64,000 nucleotides of DNA from Anaeramoeba ignava BMAN (GCA_028826165.1 JAPDFW010000107.1:1-64000), one strand, 5' to 3'. Counted from the first letter of the stretch, positions 1 to 12,923 are shown. Notes: generated by a model from the letters alone, not told the origin. Made by a program: numbers and translations.

Positions 1-1163
1 TTGGATGCGGAAATAATAAATACGGTCAACTTGGATTAGGAAAATCAAGAAAAGAAGAAACAAAAATTCAAAAATTAACCAAAATTCAAAATATTCCAAA
101 AGGCAAAATAATAGATATTCAATGTGGAGTTTATCATTCAATAATGTTGATTGAAGATCAAAATCAAAATCAAAATCCAAAAAGAAAACTTTATTCATGT
201 GGATATTGCAGATATAATGGACTTAGTAAAGAAAAAGAAGATACTTATGAATTTACTGAAATCAAATCATCTTTATTTGAAAATGATTATATTCTTGAAA
301 TTTCTGTTGGAGATTATCATACTTTGATTTTAACAGAAAAAGGGAAATTAATAGGATTTGGAAGAAATTTATTTAATGAATTAGGAATTGTAAATACAAA
401 TAATCAATTTATTCCAATTCAAATTGAACTTCCTAAATTAAGATTTAATGAAAATATTTCCAATTATCATATTCTTTGTGGATATCGAAATTCGTTTCTT
501 TATTATTCTCTTTTTCTTTCTTCTTTTTCCAATCTTGAAGAAGATTTGATAAAATTATTTAAAAGAAAAGAATTTTGTGATATTTCATTTAAAACCAAAA
601 ATGGAGAAATAATATCAGCTCATAAATTAATATTGGAATATAGATTAAATCAAAATCAAATTGAAAAACTTAAAGAAATTATTTCAAATAAATCAATTAA
701 AGAATCAAATCAAATATTTGAAATGATTTATTCAAACAATTCCAAAATAAATCCAATATTATATTCTGAAATTAAAGAAATTATAAATTCAAATGAAAAA
801 TTGAAGAAACAATTAAAAGAATTTATTTAAATGAAAATGAAAAAGATTTTTATAATTGAAAGAAAAGAAAAACAATATAAATTTCCTAAATTAATATTAA
901 TAATGAGAAGTGAATTATATCGAGGAATGTTTTTATCTGTTACAAATGATAAATCCAATAAAGTTACAGATTATAGTGAATTAAGTAATAAATCATTTCA
1001 AATATTTGAATATTGGATTTATTCAAATCAAATCAAAGATGAAATTCAAATTACACAAGAAATTATTGAAGAATTAGAAAGAGGAATTGATTATTTTCAA
1101 TTAAATCAAACAAATCCAAATTTATTTGATTTATTAATTAATAAATTTAATAATCAAAATTAA
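1..1163 (+). CDS. RCC1-repeat + BTB/POZ protein, paralogue 1 (5' truncated by window; apparent compensating -1/+1 indels near 790-850)
   Basis: Reads GCGNNKYGQLGLG from position 3 and is collinear with paralogues 2 and 3 (ISVGDYHTLILT; FCDISF...AHKLIL; RSELYRGMFLSV). ORFs 144..830 and 831..1163 are in the same frame. Versus the paralogues, one A is missing at ~790 and one T is extra at ~850. Confidence 0.85.
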
Positions 1164-1227
1164 AATTAAAATTAAAATTAAAATTAAAATTTCAAAATTT
1201 ATTTTTTTCATTTTTTTCTTTTCAAAA

Positions 1228-3039
1228 ATGAATGATTGTTTATTTTTTGGTTATAATAAAGAACCAATTCTTATAAAAAATGAACCAGATAAAATAACAA
1301 AACCAATTCAATTTAAATTTGAAAATGAAAATGAAAATGAAAATGAAAATGAAAATGAAAATGGAAAACAAATTAAACAAATTTCAACAAGTGAATTTTC
1401 AACAATTTTCCTTTTTAAAAATGGAAAAGCAATAGAATATTTAAATAAAAAAGATCCAAAACAAAATCCTGAAAAAATTCAAATTGAAGAAAATATTCAA
1501 AAAGTATCTTTTGGTTATTTTAATGAAGCTATTTTAACAAAAGAAGGAAATGTATTTGCCAAAGGAAAAGATATAAATCCAAAAAATCCAAAAGAATTTA
1601 TTAATATTTCATCATTAATTGAAGATACAAATGATAGAATAATTAAAGATGTTGTTTCTGGAAATAGTTCAATTTACTTATTAACTTCAAATCAAAATGC
1701 TTATGGAATTGGTTTGAATTATTCTGGTCAACTTGGTTTTGATTCTGAAACACTTTATAAAACAGAAAAACCAATTTTAATGATGAAAAATGTTTCTAAA
1801 ATATTTTTAGGAAGTACTTCAAATCATGTTTTTCTTTTAAATTTAAATCAAGAATTATTTGGATGTGGAGATAATATATCTGGTCAACTTGGATTAGGAA
1901 AATCAAGAAAAGAAACAAAAATTCAAAAATTAACCAAAATCCAAAATATTCCAAAAGGCAAAATAATTGATATTCAATGTGGTGTTTCTTTTTCAATAAT
2001 GTTGATTGAAAATGAAAATGAAAATGAAAATCCAAAAAGAAAACTTTATTCATGTGGATATTCTCAATTTAATGGACTTGGAAAAAATGAAAATGAAAAC
2101 ACTTATGAATTTACTGAAATCAAATCATCTTTATTTGAAAATAATAATATTCTTGATTTTTCTGTTGGAAATGCTCATACTTTGATTTTAACTTCCAAAT
2201 CAAAATTAATAGTATTTGGATATAATTCTTATGGTCAATTAGGAACTGGAGATATAAATAGTCAACCAATTCCAATTCAAATTGAACTCCCTAAATTAAG
2301 ATTTAATGAAAATATTTCTAATTATCATGTTCTTTGTGGAAATAATAAATCATTTATTTATTATTCTCCTCTTTCTTTTTCCAATCTTGAAGAAGATCTG
2401 ATAAAATTATTTGAAAGAAAAGAATTTTGTGATATTTCATTTAAAACAGAAAATGGAGAAATAATTGAAGCTCATAAATTAATATTGGAATATAGATTAA
2501 ATCAAAATCAAAATCAAATTGAAAAACTTCAAGAAATTATTTCAAAAAAATCAATTAAAGAATCAAATCAAATATTTGAAATGATTTATTCAAACAATTC
2601 CAAAATAAATCCAAAATTATATTCTGAAATTAAAGAAATTATAAATTCAAATGAAAAAATAGAAGAAACAATGAAAAGAATTTATTTAAATGAAAATGAA
2701 AATGAAAAAGATTTTATAATTGAAAGAAAAGAAAAACAATATAAATTTCCTAAATTAATATTAATAATGAGAAGTGAATTATATCGAGGAATGTTTTTAT
2801 CTGTAACTGAAGATACTTCTAATAAAGTTACAGATTATAGTGAATTAAGTAATAAATCATTTCAAATATTTGAATATTGGATTTATTCAAATCAAATTAA
2901 AAACGAAATTCAAATTACACAAGAAATCATTGATGAAATTAAAACTGGAATTGATTATTTTCAATTAAATCAAACAAATCCAAATTTAATTGATTTATTA
3001 ATTAACAAATTTAATAATCAAAATCAAAATCAAAATTAA
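1228..3039 (+). CDS. RCC1-repeat + BTB/POZ protein, paralogue 2 (603 aa, intronless)
   Basis: RCC1 repeats (GxNxxGQLG, FSVGNAHTLIL) followed by BTB-like segments (FCDISF...AHKLIL; FPKLILIMRSELYRGMF...FEYWIYSN). Confidence 0.9.
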   Translation: MNDCLFFGYNKEPILIKNEPDKITKPIQFKFENENENENENENENGKQIKQISTSEFSTIFLFKNGKAIEYLNKKDPKQNPEKIQIEENIQKVSFGYFNEAILTKEGNVFAKGKDINPKNPKEFINISSLIEDTNDRIIKDVVSGNSSIYLLTSNQNAYGIGLNYSGQLGFDSETLYKTEKPILMMKNVSKIFLGSTSNHVFLLNLNQELFGCGDNISGQLGLGKSRKETKIQKLTKIQNIPKGKIIDIQCGVSFSIMLIENENENENPKRKLYSCGYSQFNGLGKNENENTYEFTEIKSSLFENNNILDFSVGNAHTLILTSKSKLIVFGYNSYGQLGTGDINSQPIPIQIELPKLRFNENISNYHVLCGNNKSFIYYSPLSFSNLEEDLIKLFERKEFCDISFKTENGEIIEAHKLILEYRLNQNQNQIEKLQEIISKKSIKESNQIFEMIYSNNSKINPKLYSEIKEIINSNEKIEETMKRIYLNENENEKDFIIERKEKQYKFPKLILIMRSELYRGMFLSVTEDTSNKVTDYSELSNKSFQIFEYWIYSNQIKNEIQITQEIIDEIKTGIDYFQLNQTNPNLIDLLINKFNNQNQNQN

Positions 3040-3170
3040 AATTAAAATTAAAATTAAAAATTAAAATTAAAATTAAAATTAAAATTAAAATTAAAATTAA
3101 AATTAAAATTAAAATTAAAATTAAAATTAAAATTAAAATTAAAATTAAAATTAAAATTAAAATTAAAATT
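3037..3170. repeat. (AAAATT)n hexamer array between RCC1-BTB copies
   Basis: Near-perfect aaaatt tandem run starting at the stop codon. Confidence 0.95.
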
Positions 3171-3198
3171 CATTTTTTTCATTTTTTTCTTTTCAAAA

Positions 3199-4998
3199 AT
3201 GAATGATTGTTTATTTTTTGGTTTAAATAATTATCCAAAACTTTTCAAAAATGAACCAAATAAAATAATAAAACCAATTCAATTTAAATTTGAAAATGAA
3301 AATGAAAATGAAAATGAAAATGAAAATGAAAATGAAAATGAAAAACAAATTAAACAAATTTCAACAAGTGAATTTTCAACAATTTTCCTTTTTAAAAATG
3401 GAAAAGCAATAAAATATTTAAATGAAAAAGATCCAAAACAAAATCCTGAAAAAATCCAAATTGAAAATATTCAAAAAGTATCTTTTGGTTATTCAAATGA
3501 AGCTATTTTAACAATAGAAGGAAATGTATTTGCCAAAGGATATTATATTAATCCAAAAAATCCAAAAGAATTTATCAATATTTCATCATTAATTGAAGAT
3601 ACAAATGATAGAATAATTCAAGATATTGTTTCTGGAGGTTTTTCATTTTACTTATTAACTTCAAATCAAAATGCTTATGGAATTGGTTCAAATTATTCTG
3701 GTCAACTTGGTTTTGATTCTGAAACACTTTATAAAACAGAAAAACCAATTTTAATGATGAAAAATGTTTCTAAAATATTTTCAGGAAGTACTTCAGATTC
3801 AATTTTTCTTTTAAATTCAAATCAAGAATTATTTGGATGCGGAGATAATAATTATGGTCAACTTGGATTAGGAGAATCAAGAAAAGAAGAAACAGAAATC
3901 CAAAAATTAACCAAAATCCAAAATATTCCAAAAGGTAAAATAATTGATATTCAATGTGGTGTTTCTTTTTCAATAATGTTGATTGAAGATGAAAATGAAA
4001 ATCCGAAAAGAAAACTTTATTCATGTGGATATTCTCAATTTAATGGACTTGGAAAAAATGAAAATGAAAATACTTATGAATTTACTGAAATCAAATCGTC
4101 TTTATTTGAAAATGATGATAATATTCTTGAAATTTCTGTTGGAAATGCTCATACTTTGGTTTTAACTTCCAAATCAAAATTAATAGTATTTGGAGATAAT
4201 AGATATGGTCAATTAGGAACTGAAGATACAAAAGAAATACAATTAATCCCAATTCAAATTGAACTTCCTAAATTAAGATTTAATGAAAATATTTCTAATT
4301 ATCATATTTCTTGTGGAAATAATAAATCATTTCTTTATTATTCTCCTTCTTCTTTTTCCAATCTTGAAGAAGATTTGATAAAATTATTTAAAAGAAAAGA
4401 ATTTTGTGATATTTCATTTAAAACAGAAAATGGAGAAATAATTGAAGCTCATAAATTAATATTGAAATATAGATTAAATCAAAATCAAAATCGAATTGAA
4501 AAACTTCAAGAAATTATTTCAAATAAATCAATTAAAGAATCAAATCAAATATTTGAAATGATTTATTCAAATAATTCCAATATAAATCCAAAATTATATT
4601 CTGAAATTAAAGAAATTATAAATTCAAATGAAAAAATTGAAGAAACAATGAAAAGAATTTATTTAAATGAAAATGAAAATGAAAAAGATTTTATAATTGA
4701 AAGAAAAGAAAAACAATATAAATTTCCAAAATTAATATTAATAATGAGAAGTGAATTATATCGAGGAATGTTTTTATCTGTTACAGATGATACTTCTAAT
4801 AAAGTTACAGATTATAGTGAATTAAGTAATAAATCATTTCAAATATTTGAATATTGGATTTATTCAAATCAAATTAAAAACGAAATTCAAATTACACAAG
4901 AAATCATTGATGAAATTAAAACTGGAATTGATTATTTTCAATTAAATCAAACATATCCAAATTTATTTGATTTATTAATTAACAAATTTAATAATTAA
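3199..4998 (+). CDS. RCC1-repeat + BTB/POZ protein, paralogue 3 (599 aa, intronless)
   Basis: Highly similar to 1228..3039 over its whole length, with the same motifs. Confidence 0.9.
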   Translation: MNDCLFFGLNNYPKLFKNEPNKIIKPIQFKFENENENENENENENENEKQIKQISTSEFSTIFLFKNGKAIKYLNEKDPKQNPEKIQIENIQKVSFGYSNEAILTIEGNVFAKGYYINPKNPKEFINISSLIEDTNDRIIQDIVSGGFSFYLLTSNQNAYGIGSNYSGQLGFDSETLYKTEKPILMMKNVSKIFSGSTSDSIFLLNSNQELFGCGDNNYGQLGLGESRKEETEIQKLTKIQNIPKGKIIDIQCGVSFSIMLIEDENENPKRKLYSCGYSQFNGLGKNENENTYEFTEIKSSLFENDDNILEISVGNAHTLVLTSKSKLIVFGDNRYGQLGTEDTKEIQLIPIQIELPKLRFNENISNYHISCGNNKSFLYYSPSSFSNLEEDLIKLFKRKEFCDISFKTENGEIIEAHKLILKYRLNQNQNRIEKLQEIISNKSIKESNQIFEMIYSNNSNINPKLYSEIKEIINSNEKIEETMKRIYLNENENEKDFIIERKEKQYKFPKLILIMRSELYRGMFLSVTDDTSNKVTDYSELSNKSFQIFEYWIYSNQIKNEIQITQEIIDEIKTGIDYFQLNQTYPNLFDLLINKFNN

Positions 4999-5193
4999 AA
5001 TTAAAATTAAAATTAAAATCAAAATTAAAATTAAAATCAAAATTAAAATTAAAATTAAAATTAAAATTAAATTTAAAATTAAAATTAAAATTAAAATTAA
5101 AATTAAAATTAAATTTGAAATTAAAATTAAAATTAAAATTAAAATTAAAATTAAAATTAAAATTAAAATTAAAATTAAAATTAAAATTAAAAT
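4996..5193. repeat. (AAAATT/AAAATC)n hexamer array
   Basis: Tandem run directly after the paralogue 3 stop codon. Confidence 0.95.
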
Positions 5194-5228
5194 TCATTTT
5201 TTTCATTTTTTTCATTTTTTCTTTTAAA

Positions 5229-6492
5229 ATGAATTTCCATTTTTCATTAAATCTTTCAATATCAGAAATTTTCTTAAATTTATTTGCAGATAATTCATTA
5301 TTTGTAGAACATTTTCATCTTGAACAAAAACAAACAAATTTTCAATTTTCAAAATGGAATAAAAATATAAGATTAATAAATTATTCAATAATAATTCCTT
5401 TAGAATTCAAGAGAAAATAGCATTTGAAATCAAAGAGATTGAAAATTTTGAATTTTACAAAATGGGTTCAAAAATAATTTAATTTAATTTTGAATTTTGA
5501 ATTTAATTTTTAATTTAATTTTTAAAAATGATTCTTTTTAGAAATTTACTCATTTCTTCCAAAATCCAATTTTTCAAAATGAAATTCTTCAAGATTTTCA
5601 AATTCAAATTAAAATGGAGGTGAATCAAAGGATATTTTAACACCAAAATTAATATTCATTAATCATAAATTTTTATCATTAGTTTATTTACGTTTCAGAA
5701 ACGAATTTAGAAATGGAATCAAATCCAAATTCAGATTCAAAAACTGAAGTTGATGTTTCTGTTCAATTTCTTCCAAATTTCAATTCAAAAAATAAATTAC
5801 AAAAAATGGTTTTGGATTATTATTGCAGATCAATTGAAACATGGATAAAATTAGCCAAAGAATTAATTGACGAATTTTCTTCAAAAGAAATGAGGAGCAA
5901 TTTTCTTAAGAAAAAAATTACAGAAAGAATGCTGATTTTCCGAAATTTCAAACGAATTATTTCTCAAAATTATGATATTTTGAATGAAAATATTGAAAAT
6001 GATTCAATTTTAGAAGAAAATCAAGGAGAATCTGATGAAAATAGCATTTTTGTTTCTTCAGAAAGTGATATTTTTCAAGATTTGGATGAAGAAAACAGAA
6101 ATAATAATAATAACAATAATAATAATAATAATCAAATTATTGAACAAAATGAAAATTTTATTGATTCCAATTCACATTCAAGAGAAATTGAAGAATTAAA
6201 AAAACAAGTTGAATTATCAATTAAAAAAGTTGAAAATTTTGAAAAAATTATTTTTGGAGAAAACTATGAATTATTCAAATCTGCTTCAAATTTCCTTAGA
6301 AATTTTGAAAAGAAAAAAATTGAAATTTTGGAAACTCAACAAGAATTAGAAATGAATGCAATTAAAAATGCAAATGAAAATGAAAATGAAAATGAAAATA
6401 ATAATTCTAAAAAAATTGCAATTACTATAACTTCAATTTGTTTGATTATTATTAGTTCTGTTTATATTTTTCGAAAATTTAAAAGAAAATGA
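5229..6492 (+). CDS. Probable VASt/StART-like lipid-transfer protein with coiled coil and C-terminal transmembrane anchor (spliced; 5' exon frames uncertain)
   Basis: The N-terminus (EIFLNLFADNSLFVEHFH...FSKW...RLINYSI) resembles the VASt domain start. Two short GT-AG introns (~5466-5541, ~5620-5682) link it to ORF 5713..6492, which ends in a hydrophobic helix plus basic tail (IAITITSICLIIISSVYIFRKFKRK). Confidence 0.5.
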
Positions 6493-6595
6493 AAGGATTT
6501 TTTTTTATTGGAATTTTGGATTGAAAGAAAAAGGAAAAGAAAAAGAAAAAGAAATTTTTTTGATTTTGAATTTTTTAAATTTTGAAAATTTGAAA

Positions 6596-9433
6596 TTATT
6601 TCTTAAATTCTGTTGTAACTTCATCAAAATCAAAAACTCTTAAAGGTTCAACTTTCTTTTGAGCAATTAAGTAAATTGTGAAAAATAATGGAAATCTAAA
6701 ACAAAATTAAAAATTAATTTAAAATTATTGATTTAAATTTAAAATTATTAATTAAAATTTACTCTTCAATTTTTCCTTTTTTTGTTAAAAATCGATGAAC
6801 TTCATCACAAGTTAAAGTTCCTTGAAGTTTTTGTCCATTCAACAATTCAGCTTCCAAATCATTCCAAGACTAAAAAAAAATATAATTATTTTTGTTAATT
6901 CAAAAAATTTTCCCTAAAAGAAAAAATTTTTTTTTTTTTTAAAAAATTTTTCACTTTTCCAGTTTTAACAAAAGCTTCAGCAACTTTTCTGTTTCTTCCA
7001 CCAACACAAGTTGTAATAAGATCAGCGACACCACAACTTTCAAAGAATGTTTCACTTTCGACACCTTTGTAAAACATTTGAGCGAATTTTTTCATCTCTA
7101 ACAAACCAATTCTCATGATTGCTGCTTTTGAATTTCCACCAAAAGAAAGTCCATCACAAAAACCTGCTCCAAGAGCAACGATGTTTTTGAGTGATCCACA
7201 AATTTCAACTCCATAAACATCTGAAACTGTTGAAACTCTGAATGTTTTTGTGTTGAAAAGTTTGAGATACATTTCTTGGTCTTTTTGGTCAGCGCAACCT
7301 AAACAAAATTTTAAAAATTTTGAAATTAAATCAAATGAAATCAAATTATTTGAAAATGAATTAAATCAAATTAAATTAAATCAAATTAAATCAAATTATT
7401 TGGAAATGAATTAAATTAAATTAAATCAAAATTATTTGGAAATGAATTAAATCAAATCAAATCAAATCAAATCAAATTAAATTAAATCAAATTAAATTAA
7501 AATCAAATTAAATCAAATTAAATCAAATTAAATCAAATTAAATCAAATTGAAAAAGTGGAACAAAATTAAATTAAAATTATTTCAAAATTATTTGGAAAT
7601 GAATTAAATCAAATTAAATCAAATTAAATTAAAATCAAAATTATTTGGAATTGAATTAAATTAAATTAAATCAAATTAAAATTTAGAAATCAATCTTTTA
7701 CCAATTGTAGTTTCACAAAACATATCTTGTGCAACTTCATTTGCAACATTTGCTCCCATTAAAGCACTTACTTGAATTCCTAAACTTTCAGAAATCATAT
7801 CAGAAATTAAGTGAATTTCATCTTGATCATCAACAACAAAACCCTTAATTAAAGTAATTGCTCTGCAACCCTTTTTGATGTGTTCTTTTATTGTGGAAAG
7901 TGTTCTAGAAATAAATTGATGTGGAAGAACAAAAACAAGAATTGTTGCTCCATCAACTGATTTAATAAGATCAGGTTCTGCAATTAAATTTTCTGGAAGA
8001 GTAATTCCTGGTAAATACCTAATTTTGATTTATTATTTATTATTTATTTAATATTTATTTAATATTAATTTAATATTTAATATTTATTTAATATTTAATA
8101 TTTAATATTTAATATTTAATATTTTTGGATAATATTTATTTAATATTTATTTAATATTTAATATTTAATATTTATTTAATATTTATTATTTAATATTTAT
8201 TTAATATTTATTATTTAATATTTATTTAATATTTATTATTTAATATTTATTTAATATTTAATATTTATTTAATATTTATTTAATATTTATTTAATATTTA
8301 ATATTTAATATTTAATATTTAATATTTAATATTTATTTAATATTTAATATTTATTTAATATTTAATATTTAATATTTAATATTTAATATTTAATATTTAT
8401 TTATTTAATATTTAATATTTAATATTTTAATATTTTTATTTTTATTTATTATTTAATATTTAATATTTAATATATTTTATTTTAATATTTATTATTTAAT
8501 ATTTATTTAATATTTTATATTTATTTTAATATTTATTTAATATTTAATATTTATTTAATATTTATTTTATTTTTTTTTTATTTATTTATATTTTATTTAA
8601 TATTTATTTAATATTTATATTTTTTTATTTATTTTTTTTATTTTTTATTAATATTTATTTTAATATTTATTTAATATTTATTTTTTAATTTATTTATTTT
8701 TTATTTAATATTTTAATTTTAATTTATTTAAATTTATTTAATTTATTTATTTTTTTAATATTTATTTAATATTTATTTAATATTTATTTAATATTTAATA
8801 TTTAATATTTATTTAATATTTATTTAATATTTAATATTTATTTAATATTTAATATTTAATATTTATTTAATATTTATTTAATATTTAATATTTAATATTT
8901 AATATTTAATATTTAATATTTAATATTTAATATTTAATATTTAATATTTATTTAATATTTATTATTTAATATTTATTATTTAATATTTAATATTTATTTA
9001 TTATTTTATATTTAATTAATATTTATTTAATATTTATTTTATATTTAATATTATGAAAAAGTTTTTACTTGACATTCTCATGTTTTGTGTTCATAATTTC
9101 AGTTAATTTTTGACCATCAATAAGTTCTTCAAAAACCCAAATTTTTGTTTCTTTTTCAAAAATATTTTCATGCTTAGCTGTATTTGTAGCAATAATTCTT
9201 GCAATTGCTGAACCCCTAAAATAAAAGAGAAAATAAGAAAGAAATAAATAAAAAAGCAAAAAAATTGAATAAAAATGATTGTTTTTATTACCAATTTCCT
9301 GAACCAATAATTGCAACTTTCTTATATTATTTTCAAAAAAAAAAGCAAAAAAAAAAGCGAAAAAATTTTTTTTAAATTGAAAAACAAATTAAAAAAAATA
9401 ATAATTTATAAAAAGTACTTCTTTTTCTGTCAT
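6596..9433 (-). CDS. GPD1: NAD-dependent glycerol-3-phosphate dehydrogenase, 7 exons
   Basis: Spliced reading gives [20 protein letters not shown]...HENVKYLPG...FVLPHQF...[10 protein letters not shown]...[18 protein letters not shown]...[17 protein letters not shown]...GQKLQG...FPLF. All six introns are GT-AG. Confidence 0.95.
7299..7701 (-). repeat. GPD1 intron filled with AAATC/AAATT pentamer repeats
   Basis: GT at 7701-7700 and AG at 7300-7299 (minus strand) bracket the array. Confidence 0.85.
8019..9068 (-). repeat. ~1.05-kb GPD1 intron made of (TATTTAA)-type repeats, almost G/C-free
   Basis: Splice sites join NVK|YLP in frame; the interior is a degenerate 7/11-bp AT array. Confidence 0.9.
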
Positions 9434-9529
9434 TTGTAAAGAAAATTAAGAAAAGGAAAAATGAAAATTTTTATTTCGAATTTATTTAAAAAAAAATAAA
9501 AAAAAAAATAAAAATTCCACTTTTTTATT

Positions 9530-10120
9530 CCTCTTTTTATTAAAATTATTATTAAATTTATTATTAAATTTATTATTAAAATTATTATTAAAATTATTAT
9601 TAAAATTATTATTAAAATTATTATTAAAATTATTATTAAAATTATTATTAAAATTATTATTAAAATTATTATTAAATTTGTTATTAAATTTATTATTAAA
9701 TTTATTATTAAAATTATTATTAAAATTATTATTAAATTTGTTATTAAATTTATTATTAAAATTGTTATTAAATTTGTTATTAGATTTATTATTTGATTGA
9801 AAAAGCAATTTTTAATCAATTTTTATTCCATTTTTAATCCCCTTTCTTTTTAAATTTCTTTTAAATTTATTATTAAATTTTCTTTTAAATTTATTATTTA
9901 ATTTTCTTTTAATTTTCTTTTTAATTTTCTTTTTAATTTTCTTTTTAATTTATTATTTAATTTTCTTTTAAATTTTCTTTTAAATTTCTTTTAAATTTTC
10001 TTTTAATTTTCATTTTTAATTTCTTTTTAATTTCTTTTTAATTTTCTTTTTGGTTATTATTTAATTTTCTTTTAAATTTCTTTTTAATTTTCTTTTAAAT
10101 TTTCTTTTTAATTTTTTTTT
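9530..10120. repeat. Intergenic 12-bp (ATTATTATTAAA) then ~12-bp (TTTTCTTTTAA-type) arrays between divergent GPD1 and GATAD1-like genes
   Basis: Visible tandem periodicity. Confidence 0.8.
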
Positions 10121-10681
10121 AAATTTTTTTTTTTTATTTTTTTTTTTAATTTTTAAATCTTTTTATTTTAATTTTCTCTTTTGATCAATTTAATAGAGAT
10201 TTGATCTTTACAATTTTAATACTTAAATTAAATAAAGAAAATTTAATTTTTTATTTAATTAAAGAAAAAAAAAAATAAAGAAAAGCAAAAAATTTTTATT
10301 CATTTTAAATTAAATTTAAAATAAAATAAAAAGTTACAAATTAAAAAAAAAATAAATTTTTTTTCTTTTTCCTTTTTTCTTCTTTTAATTAAATTTCAAT
10401 TAAACCAAACTCAAAAAATTAAAGAGATCTATTTACATAATTTCAATTCTTTATTTTTATTTAAATTTTTTATTGTTTATTTAATTTTATTTTCTTTTAT
10501 TATTAAAAAACAACAAAGAAAAAAAAGTTTTTATTTTTTTTTCATTTTTTTCTTTTTTTATTTTTTATTTTTTAAACAGATCTCGTCATCTTAATTTTTT
10601 TTATTCATTTTCTTTTTTTAAAAAATTTACAAAAAAAAAAAAACTTTTTTATTCTTTTTAAAATTTTTTAAAAAAAAAACA

Positions 10682-12923
10682 ATGGAATCTCCAAAAAAGA
10701 AAGTAATAATTTGTACTAACCCGAATTGTAGAGCAACAAAAACACCAATTTGGCGCAAGATCAATGATCAATATTATTGTAATGCATGTGCAATTTATCA
10801 AAAAAGACATGGAATTATGAGACCAATTAATCCTTTAAGTCCAGAATCAAGAAAATTTTTAAAAACAAAGAACAATTCAAAATCAAATTCAAAAACAAAT
10901 TCAAAAACAAATTCAAAAACAAAACAAACAAATCATGAAAATAAATTACAAAAAAAATCAAAAAATCCAAATATGAAAAATGAAAGAACAACAAGAATCA
11001 CAAGAACAACAAGAAGCACAACAAATTCAATGAATTTAGAAAATTCGAATAATTCAGAAAATTTAAAAAATTCAAATAATTCAGAAAATTTAAATAATTC
11101 AGATAATTTAAATAATTCAGAAAATTTAAATAATTTAGATAATTCAATGAATTTAGATAATTCAAATATAAATATCCAAAATAATCAAAAACTAATTAAA
11201 ACTCAACCAATAAATATTAATAATTCTTTAAATTTATCAAATCTCAAAGATTCATTAAATTCTCCAAATTCATTAAGTTCTCCAAATTCATCAACTTCTC
11301 CAAACTTCCTAAATTCTCTCAATTCATTAAATTCACTAGATTCACAAAATTCACAAAATTCACAAAATTCACAAAATTCAACAAATTTAGCAAATCCAAT
11401 CAAACCGCAAAATATAAAAAATATAAAAAATACAAAAATATAGAAAATATAGAAAATTCAAAAAATACAGAAAATTCAAAAAATATAAAAAATTCAAAAA
11501 ATACAGAAAATTCAAAAAATTCAAAAAATACAGAAAATTCAAAAATACAGAAAATTCAAAAAATCCAAAAAAATCTAAAAACTCAAAAAGTCCAAAAAAT
11601 TCTAAAACTTCTAAAAATTCTAAAAAATCAAAAACTAAACGCAAGAAAAATAGAAACAAACGCCGAATTACACCTCCTTTCCAAAAGCTAGACTCATCAA
11701 CAAATTCTCAAGTTAATAACTCTGAAATACCTAATTTAAATAACTTCGATGATTCGCTTGGCTTTACTTTAAAAAATAAACGAACAGCAACAAACAATAT
11801 TTTCAAAGCAAAAACAAATGCAGAACAAGCACTTAAAAATTTAACAAAAAATCCATCATTTTCAATCGAAAACAACACAACATTTTCAAATCCAAACATA
11901 ATAAACATAATCGAAGAAAATACATTTAAAGAAGAAAAAGCAAATTCACAACAAATCAATCAATTGAAAGACCGAAGTTTCAGTTCTCCAAACTTCCAAA
12001 GAAATAACGAAAGCAACACTAATCTTTACCCACCACGCAGATACAACTCTGATTATTCAACCAACTACCAATTCCTCAACTCAATCCCGCAAAATCAATA
12101 TCCTTACCAGTTTTTTCAACAATACCCATTTTCGTTTCAATATTTCCAAAATTCCCCAATGGAAAGTCAATTTGTGCTTTCTAATTCGTTTCAAATTAAC
12201 CAAAACTTATACAGTCAAAACAACTTCATTTCACAAAATAATTACATTTCACAAGACAATATTACTCCTCAAAATAATATCGACGAAAAATCAAAATCTG
12301 AAAGTAATTTACAAACAATGATTCGCGAATCGATTGATAAACAAAAAGATGAGAAAATGGAATCGTCTCAAATGAGTCAAGAAGAGCAGCCCAAAAACCC
12401 AAATTTTTCATTTCCTCAACAACTTAACGAGTCATTTTCCGAATTACTCAAGGCAACAGATTCCATAAGTTTAAAAAACGAACACCCAATTCAAAACCCA
12501 ATTCAAAATTTAAATGAAAATTTAAATGAAAATTTAAATGAAATGTCATACGATGGCCAAGATCTTCGCAATTATTTATCGTCATCCTCTCCTTCAAACA
12601 CAAATCCACTTGGGATCACAATTGGTGACTGTGTTGGAATGAGAACTCAAAACGGATTTGAAATTTTCGCTGTGATTAAAGACTTCGTCGCATTTGGTAA
12701 TTATCCAAACGTATATTGCTTAGTTAGATGGCTTGTTCCAAAACAACCTCCTCGTTTTCGCATCATTTCAAATAAAAAAAATGATGAACTAGATTCTATT
12801 GATAATTTTGTTCTTGGCGAAGATGAACCAAATCCTCAACCTTTTTCTTCAATTACTCGCAAACTCCCTTTTAGATTGAATGTAGATCTTTTTCCAAATG
12901 ATAAAATAAGCACTGCAATTTAA
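10682..12923 (+). CDS. GATAD1: GATAD1-like protein (GATA-type Zn finger, low-complexity linker, C-terminal GATAD1/BAH-like domain); two apparent 1-nt deletions near 11438 and 11545
   Basis: N-terminal CTNPNC-x16-CNAC finger. The C-terminus IGDCVGM...FAVIKDF...VRWLVP...FVLGEDE matches the GATAD1 C-terminal pattern (IGDVV...YAQIRGF...LTWLIP...YIIGPEE). Restoring single A's in the 9-bp repeat units joins ORFs 10682..11443 and 11964..12923. Confidence 0.75.
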
